A DNA stretch of 64,000 nucleotides from the NCBI GenBank assembly GCA_963787205.1, contig CAWBCD010000014.1, forward strand, positions 182,638 through 246,637, in the 5' to 3' direction. The notes under the pieces were generated by a model. That model saw nothing but the letters and a program-made list of their open reading frames with translations, had not been told where the DNA came from and made no database searches. The translations under genes and the position numbers were made by a program. The DNA is from an uncultured bacterium (GTDB lineage Bacteria > Bacteroidota > Rhodothermia > Balneolales > DATFMH01). Positions within the stretch are counted from its first letter, which is position 1. Every line of letters begins with the position of its first letter. This document shows, piece after piece, positions 19,509-29,692 of this stretch.

Positions 19509-22019
19509 ATGTCTAAATCTGCCTCCAAAAAGAAAACCCCGACGAGCCGCGGCCATACCCCGGCTATTTCGACCGAAAAAAAACTTGAGATCCTTGGCGT
19601 GTTGCTAATCGCCGTGGGATTGCTGCTTGGAGTAAGTATCGTTACTTACGTGCCCGGAGACTATGGTGTGATCCATAGCCTGTCGCTGAGCAACGTAGTG
19701 AATCCCAATAGTGGTCCTGCATTGAGGATACATAACGGACTGGGTATCGTAGGTGCGTATATATCCTATTTCTTCGTAATCATGTTCGGCTATCCGAGCA
19801 TCATCCTTCCAATCATTCTGATAGCATATGGATGGGTTGTCTTCAGGCAAAAACCGTTAAATGTATTAAATCGGTTTACCGTCCTGTGTGTTGCCTGGTT
19901 GCTTTTGATTATCACCTGCCTCGGATGGGTTTTCATGGGGAAAGATGTGTTCATGAGCTGGTATGGCGCCTCAGGAGCCGCTTTTGCGGAGATACTGCGT
20001 AAAGTGACGGGATATTACGGATCAATCATCCTCTTGGTCGCCTTTCTGTTCATTGCCATCTTATTCACCCTTGATTGGAATATCCAGCAGACACTGGATC
20101 GGTTTAAACATGGATACATGAATTTTAAAGAGCGGTCTGACGAGAAAAAAAGGCTGCGTCAACTTAAGAAAGAGGCAAAAGAGAAACAGAAGGCAGCCAT
20201 TGCGGCAAACCGGGAACGTATTGTTGCTGAAGAAAAACTGGCTGCAAGAAACAAGAAAACGCCAGTAACCGTTGACAAGTCCCGGATTGAAGATGATCCA
20301 AAGAAGATCATTGAAGAATCCACGGCTCGTGATCGTGAGCGGCTAGAAAGGGAACTAGAGGAGCAAAGGGAGGATCATGTCGGCCATCGTGCCCTTCTGG
20401 AGAAGGATGAAGAAGTGGAAGTCGACGAAAACGATCCGGCCTTTAACGTTCGTGTTGGCGAGGAAGAGGAGGAGGCCGGCGCACGTGATCTGGAAAAGCA
20501 ACAGAAGGATAAAGAAAAAGGGAGTCCGGTTATCCGCTACAAATTTCCGACGATCGATCTGCTGGACAGTCCGCCCAACGAAGGAAAGGAAGTCGATCTC
20601 GAGGAAATAAACGAGAAAAAATACATTATCCTTGATAAGCTGAGGCGGCACGGCATCGAAATTCTCTCGATTGATGCCGTAGTGGGACCAACCGTAACCC
20701 TTTATGAGCTGACGCCGGCGCCCGATGTTAAGATCAGCAAGATTGAGAGTTACGCAAACGACCTGAAGATGGCCATGGCGACTCACGGCCTGCGAATCAT
20801 CGCTCCTATTCCGGGTAAACCGGCCGTAGGAATTGAGGTGCCGAACAATAAACGCGAGACGGTTTACATCAAATCGATCATCAATACAAAGAAGTTTGTC
20901 GATACCAGCATGGATCTGCCGGTGGCCTTCGGCAAGACGATCGAAAATGAAGTATTCATGGTGGATCTGGGCAAGCTGCCTCACCTGCTTATTGCTGGTG
21001 CAACCGGATCAGGTAAGTCAGTTGGTATTAACACGATTATCACATGCCTGCTGTATAAGTGCCATCCGGAGGATTTGAAGTTTGTTCTTATCGATCCGAA
21101 GAAGATCGAGTTGTCACTGTATCGCAATATCCAAAATTATTTTCTTGCATATCTGCCGGATGCTGAAGAACCCATCATAACAGATACTACAAAAGTGCTT
21201 GAAACACTGACCAGTGTCTGTAAAGAGATGGATGACCGGTACGAGCTTCTGAAGCTGGCGATGGTCCGCGATATCAACTCATATAATGAGAAGTACAAAA
21301 AAGATCAGCTTGATGAAGAGGAAGGACATCGTCATTTGCCCTACATAGTGGTGGTAATTGATGAGTTGGCGGATTTGATGATCACCGCCGGGAAAAAGAT
21401 TGAAGAGCCGATTGCCAGAATTGCCCAGCTGGCACGTGCCGTCGGCATCCATATGGTCATTGCGACGCAGCGTCCGTCGGTTAATGTGATCACCGGTACC
21501 ATCAAGGCTAACTTCCCGGCACGGATCGCCTACCAGGTGGCTTCAAAAGTCGATTCACGGACGATTCTCGATACCATGGGAGCGGATCAGCTGATAGGCC
21601 GCGGCGACATGCTTTTCTCCGGTGGCGGTCCCATGGTGCGTATTCAAAACGCGTTTGTATCCACCGAGGAGGTGGAACGAATAACAGAATTCATCGGAAC
21701 GCAAATCGGGTATAAGGATCCGTACCTTTTGCCCGTTGTAGATGAGTCGGATGGCTCCGATGGTCGGAGTGATCCTCTCAGTAAAGCAGAACGCGATGAA
21801 TTATTTGAAAAAGCGGCGGAAGTTGTTGTTCTACACCAACAGGGATCGGTATCCTTGCTGCAGAGAAAATTACGTCTTGGGTACAACCGCGCCGGTCGAA
21901 TCATCGATCAGCTTTATCAGGCTGGTATCGTGGGCCCCTATCAGGGAAGCACAGCCCGTGAGGTACTGGTTGAAACTGAGGAAGAACTCGATGATATATT
22001 GAGGAACCTGGATGATTAA
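19509..22019 (+). CDS. ftsK: DNA translocase FtsK
   Basis: N-terminal TM helices and a charged linker. Walker A GATGSGKSVGIN, Walker B VVVIDELADLM, and a gamma-domain winged helix LLQRKLRLGYNRAGRIIDQL. Confidence 0.95.
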   Translation: MSKSASKKKTPTSRGHTPAISTEKKLEILGVLLIAVGLLLGVSIVTYVPGDYGVIHSLSLSNVVNPNSGPALRIHNGLGIVGAYISYFFVIMFGYPSIILPIILIAYGWVVFRQKPLNVLNRFTVLCVAWLLLIITCLGWVFMGKDVFMSWYGASGAAFAEILRKVTGYYGSIILLVAFLFIAILFTLDWNIQQTLDRFKHGYMNFKERSDEKKRLRQLKKEAKEKQKAAIAANRERIVAEEKLAARNKKTPVTVDKSRIEDDPKKIIEESTARDRERLERELEEQREDHVGHRALLEKDEEVEVDENDPAFNVRVGEEEEEAGARDLEKQQKDKEKGSPVIRYKFPTIDLLDSPPNEGKEVDLEEINEKKYIILDKLRRHGIEILSIDAVVGPTVTLYELTPAPDVKISKIESYANDLKMAMATHGLRIIAPIPGKPAVGIEVPNNKRETVYIKSIINTKKFVDTSMDLPVAFGKTIENEVFMVDLGKLPHLLIAGATGSGKSVGINTIITCLLYKCHPEDLKFVLIDPKKIELSLYRNIQNYFLAYLPDAEEPIITDTTKVLETLTSVCKEMDDRYELLKLAMVRDINSYNEKYKKDQLDEEEGHRHLPYIVVVIDELADLMITAGKKIEEPIARIAQLARAVGIHMVIATQRPSVNVITGTIKANFPARIAYQVASKVDSRTILDTMGADQLIGRGDMLFSGGGPMVRIQNAFVSTEEVERITEFIGTQIGYKDPYLLPVVDESDGSDGRSDPLSKAERDELFEKAAEVVVLHQQGSVSLLQRKLRLGYNRAGRIIDQLYQAGIVGPYQGSTAREVLVETEEELDDILRNLDD

Positions 22020-22641
22020 AATCGGTACGGTAGTCTTCTTGATTGGCTTAATGAGTATGCTGACTGTGGCGGCACGTGCGCAAAACGATAGCCCGGCGCT
22101 CGATGCAATTAAATCTAATCTGTTGGCAGGTAAAGTCTTTAAAGCTAAACTGGATAATAAATTTATTGATCCAACAACAAAGGATACGGTACATACGAGC
22201 GGAGAGATCTGGATTGGGAAAAGTGAATATAAAATCCATATGAATGATCGGTATATCGTTGTTGATGGCAAAGTTTCAAGGGTGTATAGTGCCCAGAAGA
22301 ATCAGCTGATTATTTCGAATTATGATCCAAGCGAAGACGATTATGCGCCGTCTCATTTTTTAGCAGGCACACAAAAGGAGTATATGGTACGGCAACAGAA
22401 AAGCCCGAATGGGAATTATCATGTTGTTCTGTTCTCGAGGGATCCTTTCAGTTTATTTAAACAGGTCGATATTATGGTAGATAAGAAGAACGATACTCCG
22501 TTATGGGTGAAATCGGTCGACCAAACAGGTAATATCACGATATCACGGTTTGATGATGGAGAGTATGTGATGGGTACTTCAGAAATGTTTGACCTGAAAT
22601 ACCCGTCCAATGCGCATATCGTGGATCTGAGGAAAGAATAG
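22012..22641 (+). CDS. lolA: LolA-like outer-membrane lipoprotein carrier protein
   Basis: Signal peptide, about 210 aa, and a LolA-like pattern (F.A.......SGEIWIGK..YKI). Its start overlaps the ftsK stop by 8 nt. ftsK-lolA is a common gene pair. Confidence 0.6.
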   Translation: MIKIGTVVFLIGLMSMLTVAARAQNDSPALDAIKSNLLAGKVFKAKLDNKFIDPTTKDTVHTSGEIWIGKSEYKIHMNDRYIVVDGKVSRVYSAQKNQLIISNYDPSEDDYAPSHFLAGTQKEYMVRQQKSPNGNYHVVLFSRDPFSLFKQVDIMVDKKNDTPLWVKSVDQTGNITISRFDDGEYVMGTSEMFDLKYPSNAHIVDLRKE

Positions 22642-22647
22642 CCGGGT

Positions 22648-23709
22648 ATGAAGCGAATTATTCAGGTTGTTATCGGTTTAAGTATCGGTTGTGTATTTCT
22701 CTGGCTGGCATTCCGGAATGTGAAGTGGTCGTCACTGGTAGTTTATCTGGATCAGATGCATTACGGCTGGATTTTGCCATTCCTGGTGGTATCCGTTTTC
22801 TCCCATTATCTGCGCACCGAACGCTGGAAGATGCTGGTTGATAAGAAAGACCGTTCCCTGAGGCGACCTATCCTTTTTGCCGGTGTCATGATTGGATACG
22901 TGGTGAATTATGCCATTCCCCGGGCCGGAGAAGTGTCCCGTTGCGTGTATGTAGGCAGGAAAGAGGAAGAATCAGTCAGCTCGATTTTAGGATCAGTTGT
23001 TTTGGAACGAATCGTTGATCTAGTATGCCTTATTTTACTCTTCATTTTTGTAGCCATATATCTGATCACTGATCCAAGACTGCTCAGACAACTCTTTGGC
23101 AATGAGATCGTCGACTGGTTTACCAATGCTTTTACCTGGAGAAACATGGGTGAGAAGGCCGCCTGGTTGATTGTTATCATTGCTGCCATCTGGGCTATGT
23201 ACCAGGGGCTGATATGGTTAGGGAAACATGTATCGTTTGTTGCCAGAATCGAAAATCGTATCACCGGATTTTTAAAACTATTTTTGGAAGGACTTACCAG
23301 CATCAGAAGGATTCGTAACTGGCCTCTCTTTCTATTCCTCACAATAGTGATGTGGGTATGCTACGTGTTGATGAGTTACATTCCCTTTTATATGTTCAAT
23401 ATGGTAGCTACTTACCATCTCACACTGGTTGATGCTCTCACGCTGACGACTATCGCCTCAATAGGTATCGCTTTACCATCCCCGGGAGGCATGGGAACGT
23501 ACCACTGGTTAGTTAAACAGACGTTGTGGGTTTTGTTCGGCGTTCCCCAGGTAACAGGACTGGCGTATGCGTTTGTGGTTTATTTCATGACGCTTATTAT
23601 GTTCCTGACTGTTGCTCCGCTGGCCATGTATTGGGTCCGTTTTCTTCATCTTGGCAAAGCGAATGTCGGTATTGGCCAGCTTATTGGACGTAATACGGAT
23701 ACACGGTAG
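22648..23709 (+). CDS. UPF0104 / lysylphosphatidylglycerol-synthase-TM-region family membrane protein
   Basis: Polytopic membrane protein. The N-terminus IGCVFLWLAFRNVKWSSL...SHYLRTERWKML is typical of the flippase-like UPF0104 family. Confidence 0.7.
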   Translation: MKRIIQVVIGLSIGCVFLWLAFRNVKWSSLVVYLDQMHYGWILPFLVVSVFSHYLRTERWKMLVDKKDRSLRRPILFAGVMIGYVVNYAIPRAGEVSRCVYVGRKEEESVSSILGSVVLERIVDLVCLILLFIFVAIYLITDPRLLRQLFGNEIVDWFTNAFTWRNMGEKAAWLIVIIAAIWAMYQGLIWLGKHVSFVARIENRITGFLKLFLEGLTSIRRIRNWPLFLFLTIVMWVCYVLMSYIPFYMFNMVATYHLTLVDALTLTTIASIGIALPSPGGMGTYHWLVKQTLWVLFGVPQVTGLAYAFVVYFMTLIMFLTVAPLAMYWVRFLHLGKANVGIGQLIGRNTDTR

Positions 23710-23884
23710 TAAGATTTCCCATTTTTTTGTATCGTATCGTGATCCTCGTCCAGAATATTGCGGCGGGTATGAACCTTGGTTCTTGCCCATTTCACCAAAT
23801 TGTTAAAGTCATCCATGATCCCGATTTGCGTTCCCTTTGATAATAAGACAAACGATCGTTGGATATGATTACCGAATACGGATT

Positions 23885-25567
23885 ATGAAATCGTACACTC
23901 GATTAGCTTTCATCTTACTCATTTTAATGGTTCCCCTTCTTGCCCATGCCCAGGAAGGCGGTGAAAAGAAGAAGATTTCAAATTCTCTCCTTCCGGATAT
24001 CAATCCTCAGGATATTGAGATCAAAGGTAATTTTCAGGCAACATTCCCCGGACTCCGCCGCCAGCCAATACTTGGATTCAACCCGACCCCGCCGGTATTC
24101 CAGATCAATCCCAACCGGGTGCCATTCATGGAATCTCCCGACCAGGCGGTTGCAAATATCCCGATCAGTAAGCTTGAGAGTCCGATTGGCCCGCAACAGC
24201 CCAGGTTTACATATCCCAAGGAGGGGAATATTTATGCACGACTCGGGCTCGGTTCGTACTTCAGTCCGGAGGGTGTGGCTTATCTGGAAACACCGGCTGG
24301 AGCAAACAGCCGCTTTGTTGCCGGTGTGAATTACGCGTCTACCGATGGCCACCTCAAAGGATTACCAGATTCGGACAGAAATCTGCATTTCCATGTCGGA
24401 TGGGATGGTCAGATCGGCACAAATGATCGTCTGGGTGTTGATCTTTCCGGAACCAGTGCATTTAATTACCTGCCGGACCTGGCGCGAAAGACGAATTATG
24501 GCGGGACAGGTATCAAGCTTGGATATGAGCATGTAAAGAACGCATACCATGAGTTTGATGCGCATGTCAAGTATGATTACTTCACTTATTTTCAGTCAAA
24601 ACAGCCAAAGGATAACTACGAGCATGTTTTTGATATTGGTCTGAAACAGAGTCTTGAAGGACCGGCCATGAATTCAGGTTTTGTAGGTTCTGTTGGGCTT
24701 ACAGCCTCGCAGTATAATACTCAGAATGTGTCCGGCCGACAGTGGTATATTGTCCATCCGGAGGTCACCTATGAACAGCGGTTTGGGTATGCGCAACATC
24801 TGAAGATTGGTGCCAGTTTTTATGCTTCGAGCGATAGCATGGGCAGCAAGCTCAACATTTACCCGGAGGTTGAGTATTCATTCTTTGGGATCAAACGAAT
24901 TAAAATCAAAGGCTGGTTGACAGGTTCCGTCGAGAATGGTGGGATGAGGGGATACTTCGAAAATCGCCGGATGATAGTTTCTAACACGGTCCCTCTGAAT
25001 AATCGGTATTGGGAAGTTGGCGGATCCGCATCGTTCCAACTGATCAAGAGCCTGAAACTGACGGGCAACCTGCAGTACCGGCGTTATAGTTCGTTCGAGT
25101 ACATGTATGCAGAAAATTCCGGTTCGTTACTTCAACCTTACAGTTACAACATGGGTTGGGACAAAGGGGCCAATATTTTGCGACTGGAAGCGGGGCTCGT
25201 CTGGGATGCGGTTCCTCAGAAATTTGCCTTTAAATTTTCAGCTTATGCACAACGTCCCAAGCTGGCTCATCTAAAAGATATTCCCTTCTATGAACATGTC
25301 GGATTGCATACCGAATTTTCGGTCAAACCGATTGATCGTCTTTACATTAAAGGTTGGGTCAACTACCTTGGCAAACGGGCCTATGATCTCACAGAACACA
25401 AACTTGGTACAGCATGGCTTGGAGGTGCGCGAGTGGAGTTTGAACTAACCCATCAACTTGGAGTTTATGTGAAGACGACCAATGCTTTCGATGCAAGTTA
25501 CCGGCTGTTGCCAACCTACCAGGAGATGCCGGTCCGTTTTTACGGGGGAATTATCTTGAAACCATAA
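23885..25567 (+). CDS. Hypothetical large outer-membrane beta-barrel protein
   Basis: The ATG at 23885 gives the signal peptide MKSYTRLAFILLILMVPLLAHAQ; the ORF-track TTG at 23837 is less likely. The protein is rich in Y/G/N with amphipathic strands. No plug or TonB-box was recognised. Confidence 0.55.
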   Translation: MKSYTRLAFILLILMVPLLAHAQEGGEKKKISNSLLPDINPQDIEIKGNFQATFPGLRRQPILGFNPTPPVFQINPNRVPFMESPDQAVANIPISKLESPIGPQQPRFTYPKEGNIYARLGLGSYFSPEGVAYLETPAGANSRFVAGVNYASTDGHLKGLPDSDRNLHFHVGWDGQIGTNDRLGVDLSGTSAFNYLPDLARKTNYGGTGIKLGYEHVKNAYHEFDAHVKYDYFTYFQSKQPKDNYEHVFDIGLKQSLEGPAMNSGFVGSVGLTASQYNTQNVSGRQWYIVHPEVTYEQRFGYAQHLKIGASFYASSDSMGSKLNIYPEVEYSFFGIKRIKIKGWLTGSVENGGMRGYFENRRMIVSNTVPLNNRYWEVGGSASFQLIKSLKLTGNLQYRRYSSFEYMYAENSGSLLQPYSYNMGWDKGANILRLEAGLVWDAVPQKFAFKFSAYAQRPKLAHLKDIPFYEHVGLHTEFSVKPIDRLYIKGWVNYLGKRAYDLTEHKLGTAWLGGARVEFELTHQLGVYVKTTNAFDASYRLLPTYQEMPVRFYGGIILKP

Positions 25568-25571
25568 AGAT

Positions 25572-25766
25572 ATGAACAAAGAACTTACCCGAGCGATGGC
25601 TGAAATCATCAGGGAACAGGCCATCAAAAAACAATCTGTGAAGATAGATGGACTTGGTACATTCAAGCCCATCCATCGCAAACAGTATCAGACACAATAT
25701 CGTAATGGGCGTGTGGTAATGATGCCGCCGACCGACTACATCCTGTTTACACCTGATAAACAATAA
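25572..25766 (+). CDS. Short HU-like DNA-binding-fold protein (64 aa)
   Basis: MNKELTRAMAEII...VKIDGLGTFKP resembles the HU/IHF helix plus the GFGTF beta-arm start. It is shorter than a canonical HU of about 90 aa. Confidence 0.55.
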   Translation: MNKELTRAMAEIIREQAIKKQSVKIDGLGTFKPIHRKQYQTQYRNGRVVMMPPTDYILFTPDKQ

Positions 25767-25768
25767 AA

Positions 25769-27043
25769 ATGGCTATCACACACGAGCAATTTATTCAGTT
25801 ATTGGCTGAGAAGCTTGGTCTGAATGCAGAGGAGGTTTCAGACGAGCTAAATCAATTAATCGATCAGATACAGCAAGAGACTGCAAAGGGTGACGAGTTT
25901 ACCATTGACAAGTTTGGGACGTTTAAGGTGAAGAACGGTCGGTTATCCTTCGAGGTCGATCCTACCTTTGCACTGGAGATAAACTTCAAGTACGCAGGCA
26001 TGACACCTGTCGAGCTGAAGGGTGGAAAAACAGCAACTGTTTCCGACGAGGAAATGGGTCCCCTTGAAAAACCGGAACCGGAAGAGGAGGTGTCTGCGAG
26101 GGAATCCAAAGAGAAAGAAGAAGCCTCAAAAGATGAATCCGTAAAATCGGAATCAACAGATGAAAAGGGAACCAAAGGATCGGATGACGAAGCCCAAACT
26201 GAGCAGGAACCAGATTGGGTTCCAGGCGATGTATCTTCCGAAGCGGAAGTCTCAGGCACTAAGGAAGAAAAGAAAAACGATCGGAAATCAGATCAGGAAA
26301 GAGCGCACATCTACAGATCGCCAAACCGGCTTCTCAATGAGGATGAATTGCCCAAACGCAGGACTGGCCTGTTTGTCGTTATTATTATGATCCTAGCTGT
26401 AGTGTTCGCTGGGTACTATTTTATTGTTCAGGGAGGGGGAGCTCCAGTTGCTGAAAATACAGTTGGAGAATCTCAGGGTGATTCTGTTTATATACGGGAT
26501 GATAATGTCAAACCCGAAGTGCACAACAGACAGAGAGCCAACGAAAAAGATACAACCGCTGGCACAACAGGGGTAACTGGTACGGCACCTGATTCAACAA
26601 AAATGGCTTCTGACATGGCGAATTCCGGTGGTAGTCAGTCAACTTCTCTGCCAAAAACAAAAAAAACCGGGGCTTCAAATACTGCTGATGTAAGTGCATC
26701 CGTTGCAGCAAAAGACTCAGCAGCAGCAAAGAACATAATGAATGATCTGACAGAGACCTCTCTCTATGGTCTGCACGGGAAGGCCAGCAACGATATCGGC
26801 GATTATTATACTATCGTGATTGCTTCACTCCAGGATCAGAGTAAGGCTCAGTCAGTAGGCAAAAGGTGGGGAACCCGTAACTATCGAGTAGTCGTTGCAC
26901 CGGGACAAGTGCATAGTCAGACTTGGTATCGTGTCGGGCTTGGCCAGTTCTCTTCTATTTCAGATGCTGAACATGCTGTTAAGGAGCTGCCGAATCGACT
27001 GCAAGACAACAAACATCACTTCATTCGTAGAATTCACCAATAA
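25769..27043 (+). CDS. HU-like N-terminal domain, one TM segment and a C-terminal SPOR domain
   Basis: N-terminus FIQLLAEKLGLNAEEV...FTIDKFGTFKV (HU-like), an acidic/Ser-rich linker, and TM segment LFVVIIMILAVVFAGYYFIV. C-terminus YYTIVIASLQDQSKAQSV...WYRVGLGQFSSISDAEHAVKEL is SPOR-like. Confidence 0.7.
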   Translation: MAITHEQFIQLLAEKLGLNAEEVSDELNQLIDQIQQETAKGDEFTIDKFGTFKVKNGRLSFEVDPTFALEINFKYAGMTPVELKGGKTATVSDEEMGPLEKPEPEEEVSARESKEKEEASKDESVKSESTDEKGTKGSDDEAQTEQEPDWVPGDVSSEAEVSGTKEEKKNDRKSDQERAHIYRSPNRLLNEDELPKRRTGLFVVIIMILAVVFAGYYFIVQGGGAPVAENTVGESQGDSVYIRDDNVKPEVHNRQRANEKDTTAGTTGVTGTAPDSTKMASDMANSGGSQSTSLPKTKKTGASNTADVSASVAAKDSAAAKNIMNDLTETSLYGLHGKASNDIGDYYTIVIASLQDQSKAQSVGKRWGTRNYRVVVAPGQVHSQTWYRVGLGQFSSISDAEHAVKELPNRLQDNKHHFIRRIHQ

Positions 27044-27058
27044 AATCCAGGACAATCG

Positions 27059-27787
27059 ATGGCTTTACCGATGATTCAAATGCTACTTTTTCTGCAGGAT
27101 ACTCTCGCTGCTGCGGATTCTCTGAATCAGGCGACTTCACCTCAACACATGTCGTTGCTGCAAATGATGGTCAGTGGCGGGGTAATTATGATCCCGATCG
27201 CTTTGTGTTCTATTATTGCAATTTATGTGATAGCCGAACGCTGGCGATTCCTGAGTAATTCAAACCTGGATTCCGATCAGTTCCTGCGCACAATCCAGGA
27301 TATGCTGGAAAACGGAGAGGTTCGTGGCGCAGAACGTTATTGTGAAGATGTGGGCAAACCACTGGCTCGAATCCTTGAAAGCGGTATACGACGCCTTGGA
27401 CGCCCGTTAATGGATATCGAAGATGCTATCAAGAACACGGGTAAGAAGGAAACCTACAAACTTGAAGAACGTATGGATTGGCTGGCGACGGTTGCCGGGG
27501 TAGCTCCGATGTTGGGCTTTCTCGGAACAGTGACCGGTATGATCCAGGCTTTCCAGCAGATTCAAACCTTCCAGGGCAACGTGAATCCGAGTGTTCTTGC
27601 TGGTGGCATCTGGGAAGCGTTATTGACGACAGCCTTTGGATTGCTGGTAGGTATCGTAGCTTATGGGTTTTATAACTACCTGTTGAAAAAGATCAATCGA
27701 ATGGTGTTTGATCTGGAAAATGCCAGTACAGAGTTCCTGGAATTGCTCCAGACCCCATCCTCCAAAAAACAAGTCGTATCACGATGA
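27059..27787 (+). CDS. exbB: MotA/TolQ/ExbB proton-channel family protein
   Basis: Three TM helices with the conserved VAPMLGFLGTVTGMIQAF and ALLTTAFGLLVGI motifs. Confidence 0.9.
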   Translation: MALPMIQMLLFLQDTLAAADSLNQATSPQHMSLLQMMVSGGVIMIPIALCSIIAIYVIAERWRFLSNSNLDSDQFLRTIQDMLENGEVRGAERYCEDVGKPLARILESGIRRLGRPLMDIEDAIKNTGKKETYKLEERMDWLATVAGVAPMLGFLGTVTGMIQAFQQIQTFQGNVNPSVLAGGIWEALLTTAFGLLVGIVAYGFYNYLLKKINRMVFDLENASTEFLELLQTPSSKKQVVSR

Positions 27788-28194
27788 AATTTCGAGAAGA
27801 TAACGACCGGTTACAGCCTCTTTCGATGTTTTCCCATTCGTCGCTGACGGATATCGTGATGTTGTTGCTGATCTTTTTCCTGTTGACATCCTCTTTCGTT
27901 ACACATTTCGGGATCAAAGTGAATATTCCTAAAGCCGAAAGTGGAACGCCGGAAAACAGTCAGTATATCACGGTAACATTAACCAAGACTAACCGTTATT
28001 ATGTTGGTGGGAAACCGGTAAGCCGGGGCCTGCTTGCATCGGCTATACGTCAGGAATATCAGAAGAATCCCAGACATGTTCTTGTTCTTCGGGCTGATAA
28101 AGATGCGCGTATTGATGAGGCTGTACAGGTAATGAATGTGGCCCAGGCTTTGAATCTCCGCGTGGTAATGGCAACAGAACGAACGTCGCGCTGA
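27784..28194 (+). CDS. exbD: ExbD/TolR biopolymer transport protein
   Basis: 136 aa. N-terminal LTDIVMLLLIFFLLT helix. 4-nt overlap with exbB. Confidence 0.85.
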   Translation: MKFREDNDRLQPLSMFSHSSLTDIVMLLLIFFLLTSSFVTHFGIKVNIPKAESGTPENSQYITVTLTKTNRYYVGGKPVSRGLLASAIRQEYQKNPRHVLVLRADKDARIDEAVQVMNVAQALNLRVVMATERTSR

Positions 28195-28201
28195 CACAAA
28201 C

Positions 28202-29011
28202 ATGCAATTAAAAGACGAGGAAAAATTTGGATTCTGGGTAACCGGCGGGGTACACGTGCTGCTCGTGATACTTGCCCTTCTCATTTATGTTGGGAACAGC
28301 AGTCCGCGTCGGGCCGCATTTCTTGAGGTCACGCTGGGTAACTTCAGCGAGGGAAAACCGGCCCAGTTTGCAAAAAAGAAAGAGCCAAAAGTGGCGACTC
28401 GTCCGAATCCTTCAAAACAAGAACCGGATAAGCCGGAACAAAAGAAAATAGATAAACAGCCCAAGAAACCTTCACCGGATAAAAAAGTATCGAAAGCCGT
28501 AAAACTTCCAGATCAAAAACAGCCAGTCAAGGAACCACCCATCAAGACGCCCGAAACGGATAAGATAAATCCCGAGAAGAGCGAGGAAAAGAAACAGAAG
28601 GAAGTGAATGTAGCTCCGAAGACGGAAAAAGGAGAGACGATCCAAAAAGGAGCCAAGACCAGCGGTGATATCAAGGGTGCACAAGGTGATGTTAAAGCCG
28701 ACCAGGGAACGGGTACTTCGGAAAAGAAATCGGCTCCGTATAAATTGGAATGGGAAGGAGATATACAGCGCACACCGGTTATTCAGCCCCTTCCTGATTA
28801 TACTGTCGATGTGGAAGCTGTCATTACCGTACGTTTCCAGGTGATGCCGGATGGCTCGGTTGGACGTATGATCCCGCTAAAGAAAATGAACCCCGAACTC
28901 GAAAAAGAAGTATTTAAGACGCTCCGAAGCTGGCGGTTCAATCCGCTTCCTCCCGGAGTCCCGCAAGTACCGCAGTGGGGAACCATAACGTTCCGGTTTG
29001 TGCTACAGTAA
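28202..29011 (+). CDS. tonB: TonB-family energy transducer
   Basis: N-terminal TM anchor, a Lys/Pro-rich linker, and a C-terminal TonB domain (VITVRFQVMPDGSV...FNPLPPG...TITFRF). Confidence 0.8.
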   Translation: MQLKDEEKFGFWVTGGVHVLLVILALLIYVGNSSPRRAAFLEVTLGNFSEGKPAQFAKKKEPKVATRPNPSKQEPDKPEQKKIDKQPKKPSPDKKVSKAVKLPDQKQPVKEPPIKTPETDKINPEKSEEKKQKEVNVAPKTEKGETIQKGAKTSGDIKGAQGDVKADQGTGTSEKKSAPYKLEWEGDIQRTPVIQPLPDYTVDVEAVITVRFQVMPDGSVGRMIPLKKMNPELEKEVFKTLRSWRFNPLPPGVPQVPQWGTITFRFVLQ

Positions 29012-29085
29012 TAAGTGTATTGCCGGATACATACAATTGTCGTCGCCGGTTTGATAATGATATTGCGTTTTTAAGATATAGAATC

Positions 29086-29577
29086 ATGGTATTTGTCATA
29101 ATGGGTGTCTCAGGTTGCGGGAAGACTCTGATCGGTAAAAAACTTTCTGGTAAAATAAACCTTCCTTTTTACGACGCGGATGATTTCCATCCCAAAGCGA
29201 ACATCGAAAAGATGAAGAATGGAATCCCGCTGAATGATGAGGACCGCTGGCCATGGCTGGAGTCGCTTGCCGATCATATGAAAGAATGGGATGCAAAAGG
29301 CGGGGCGATACTTGCTTGTTCGGCTCTGAAGGAGTCGTACAGAGTGCTCCTGACCAATCATTCCGGAGTACCCGTCCAATACATTTATCTGAAGGGTACG
29401 AAATCGCTAATTGCCAGTCGCTTAAAGAAGCGACATGGTCATTTCTTCGATGAATCACTGTTGGATTCACAGTTTCAGACGCTGGAGGAGCCGGAACAGG
29501 CGCTGGTCGCAGAGATAGACCAGACACCTGATGAAATCGTAAGCGAAATTACTTCATCCATTTCAACAACCGGCTGA
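29086..29577 (+). CDS. gntK: Gluconokinase (shikimate/gluconate kinase family)
   Basis: The ATG at 29086 gives MVFVIMGVSGCGKTLIGKKL (P-loop), then DADDFHP..N..KM..G.PL.D.DR.PWL. The ORF-track start at 28975 would overlap tonB. Confidence 0.8.
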   Translation: MVFVIMGVSGCGKTLIGKKLSGKINLPFYDADDFHPKANIEKMKNGIPLNDEDRWPWLESLADHMKEWDAKGGAILACSALKESYRVLLTNHSGVPVQYIYLKGTKSLIASRLKKRHGHFFDESLLDSQFQTLEEPEQALVAEIDQTPDEIVSEITSSISTTG

Positions 29578-29692
29578 GCACCATTGCACCCTTCGGGTTG
29601 AGTAGCCATACATAGAGATTGCCAAATCAATGCTTCATGTCTTTGTGTCGGCTGGATTAAGCTTCCTGATTCAATGATTGCGTAACAGAAAA

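Noticed and set aside
20355-20984. 209-aa ORF antisense to ftsK, with other small ORFs inside ftsK
   Set aside because: It lies within the charged linker and start of the motor region of ftsK and has low-complexity, shadow-frame composition.
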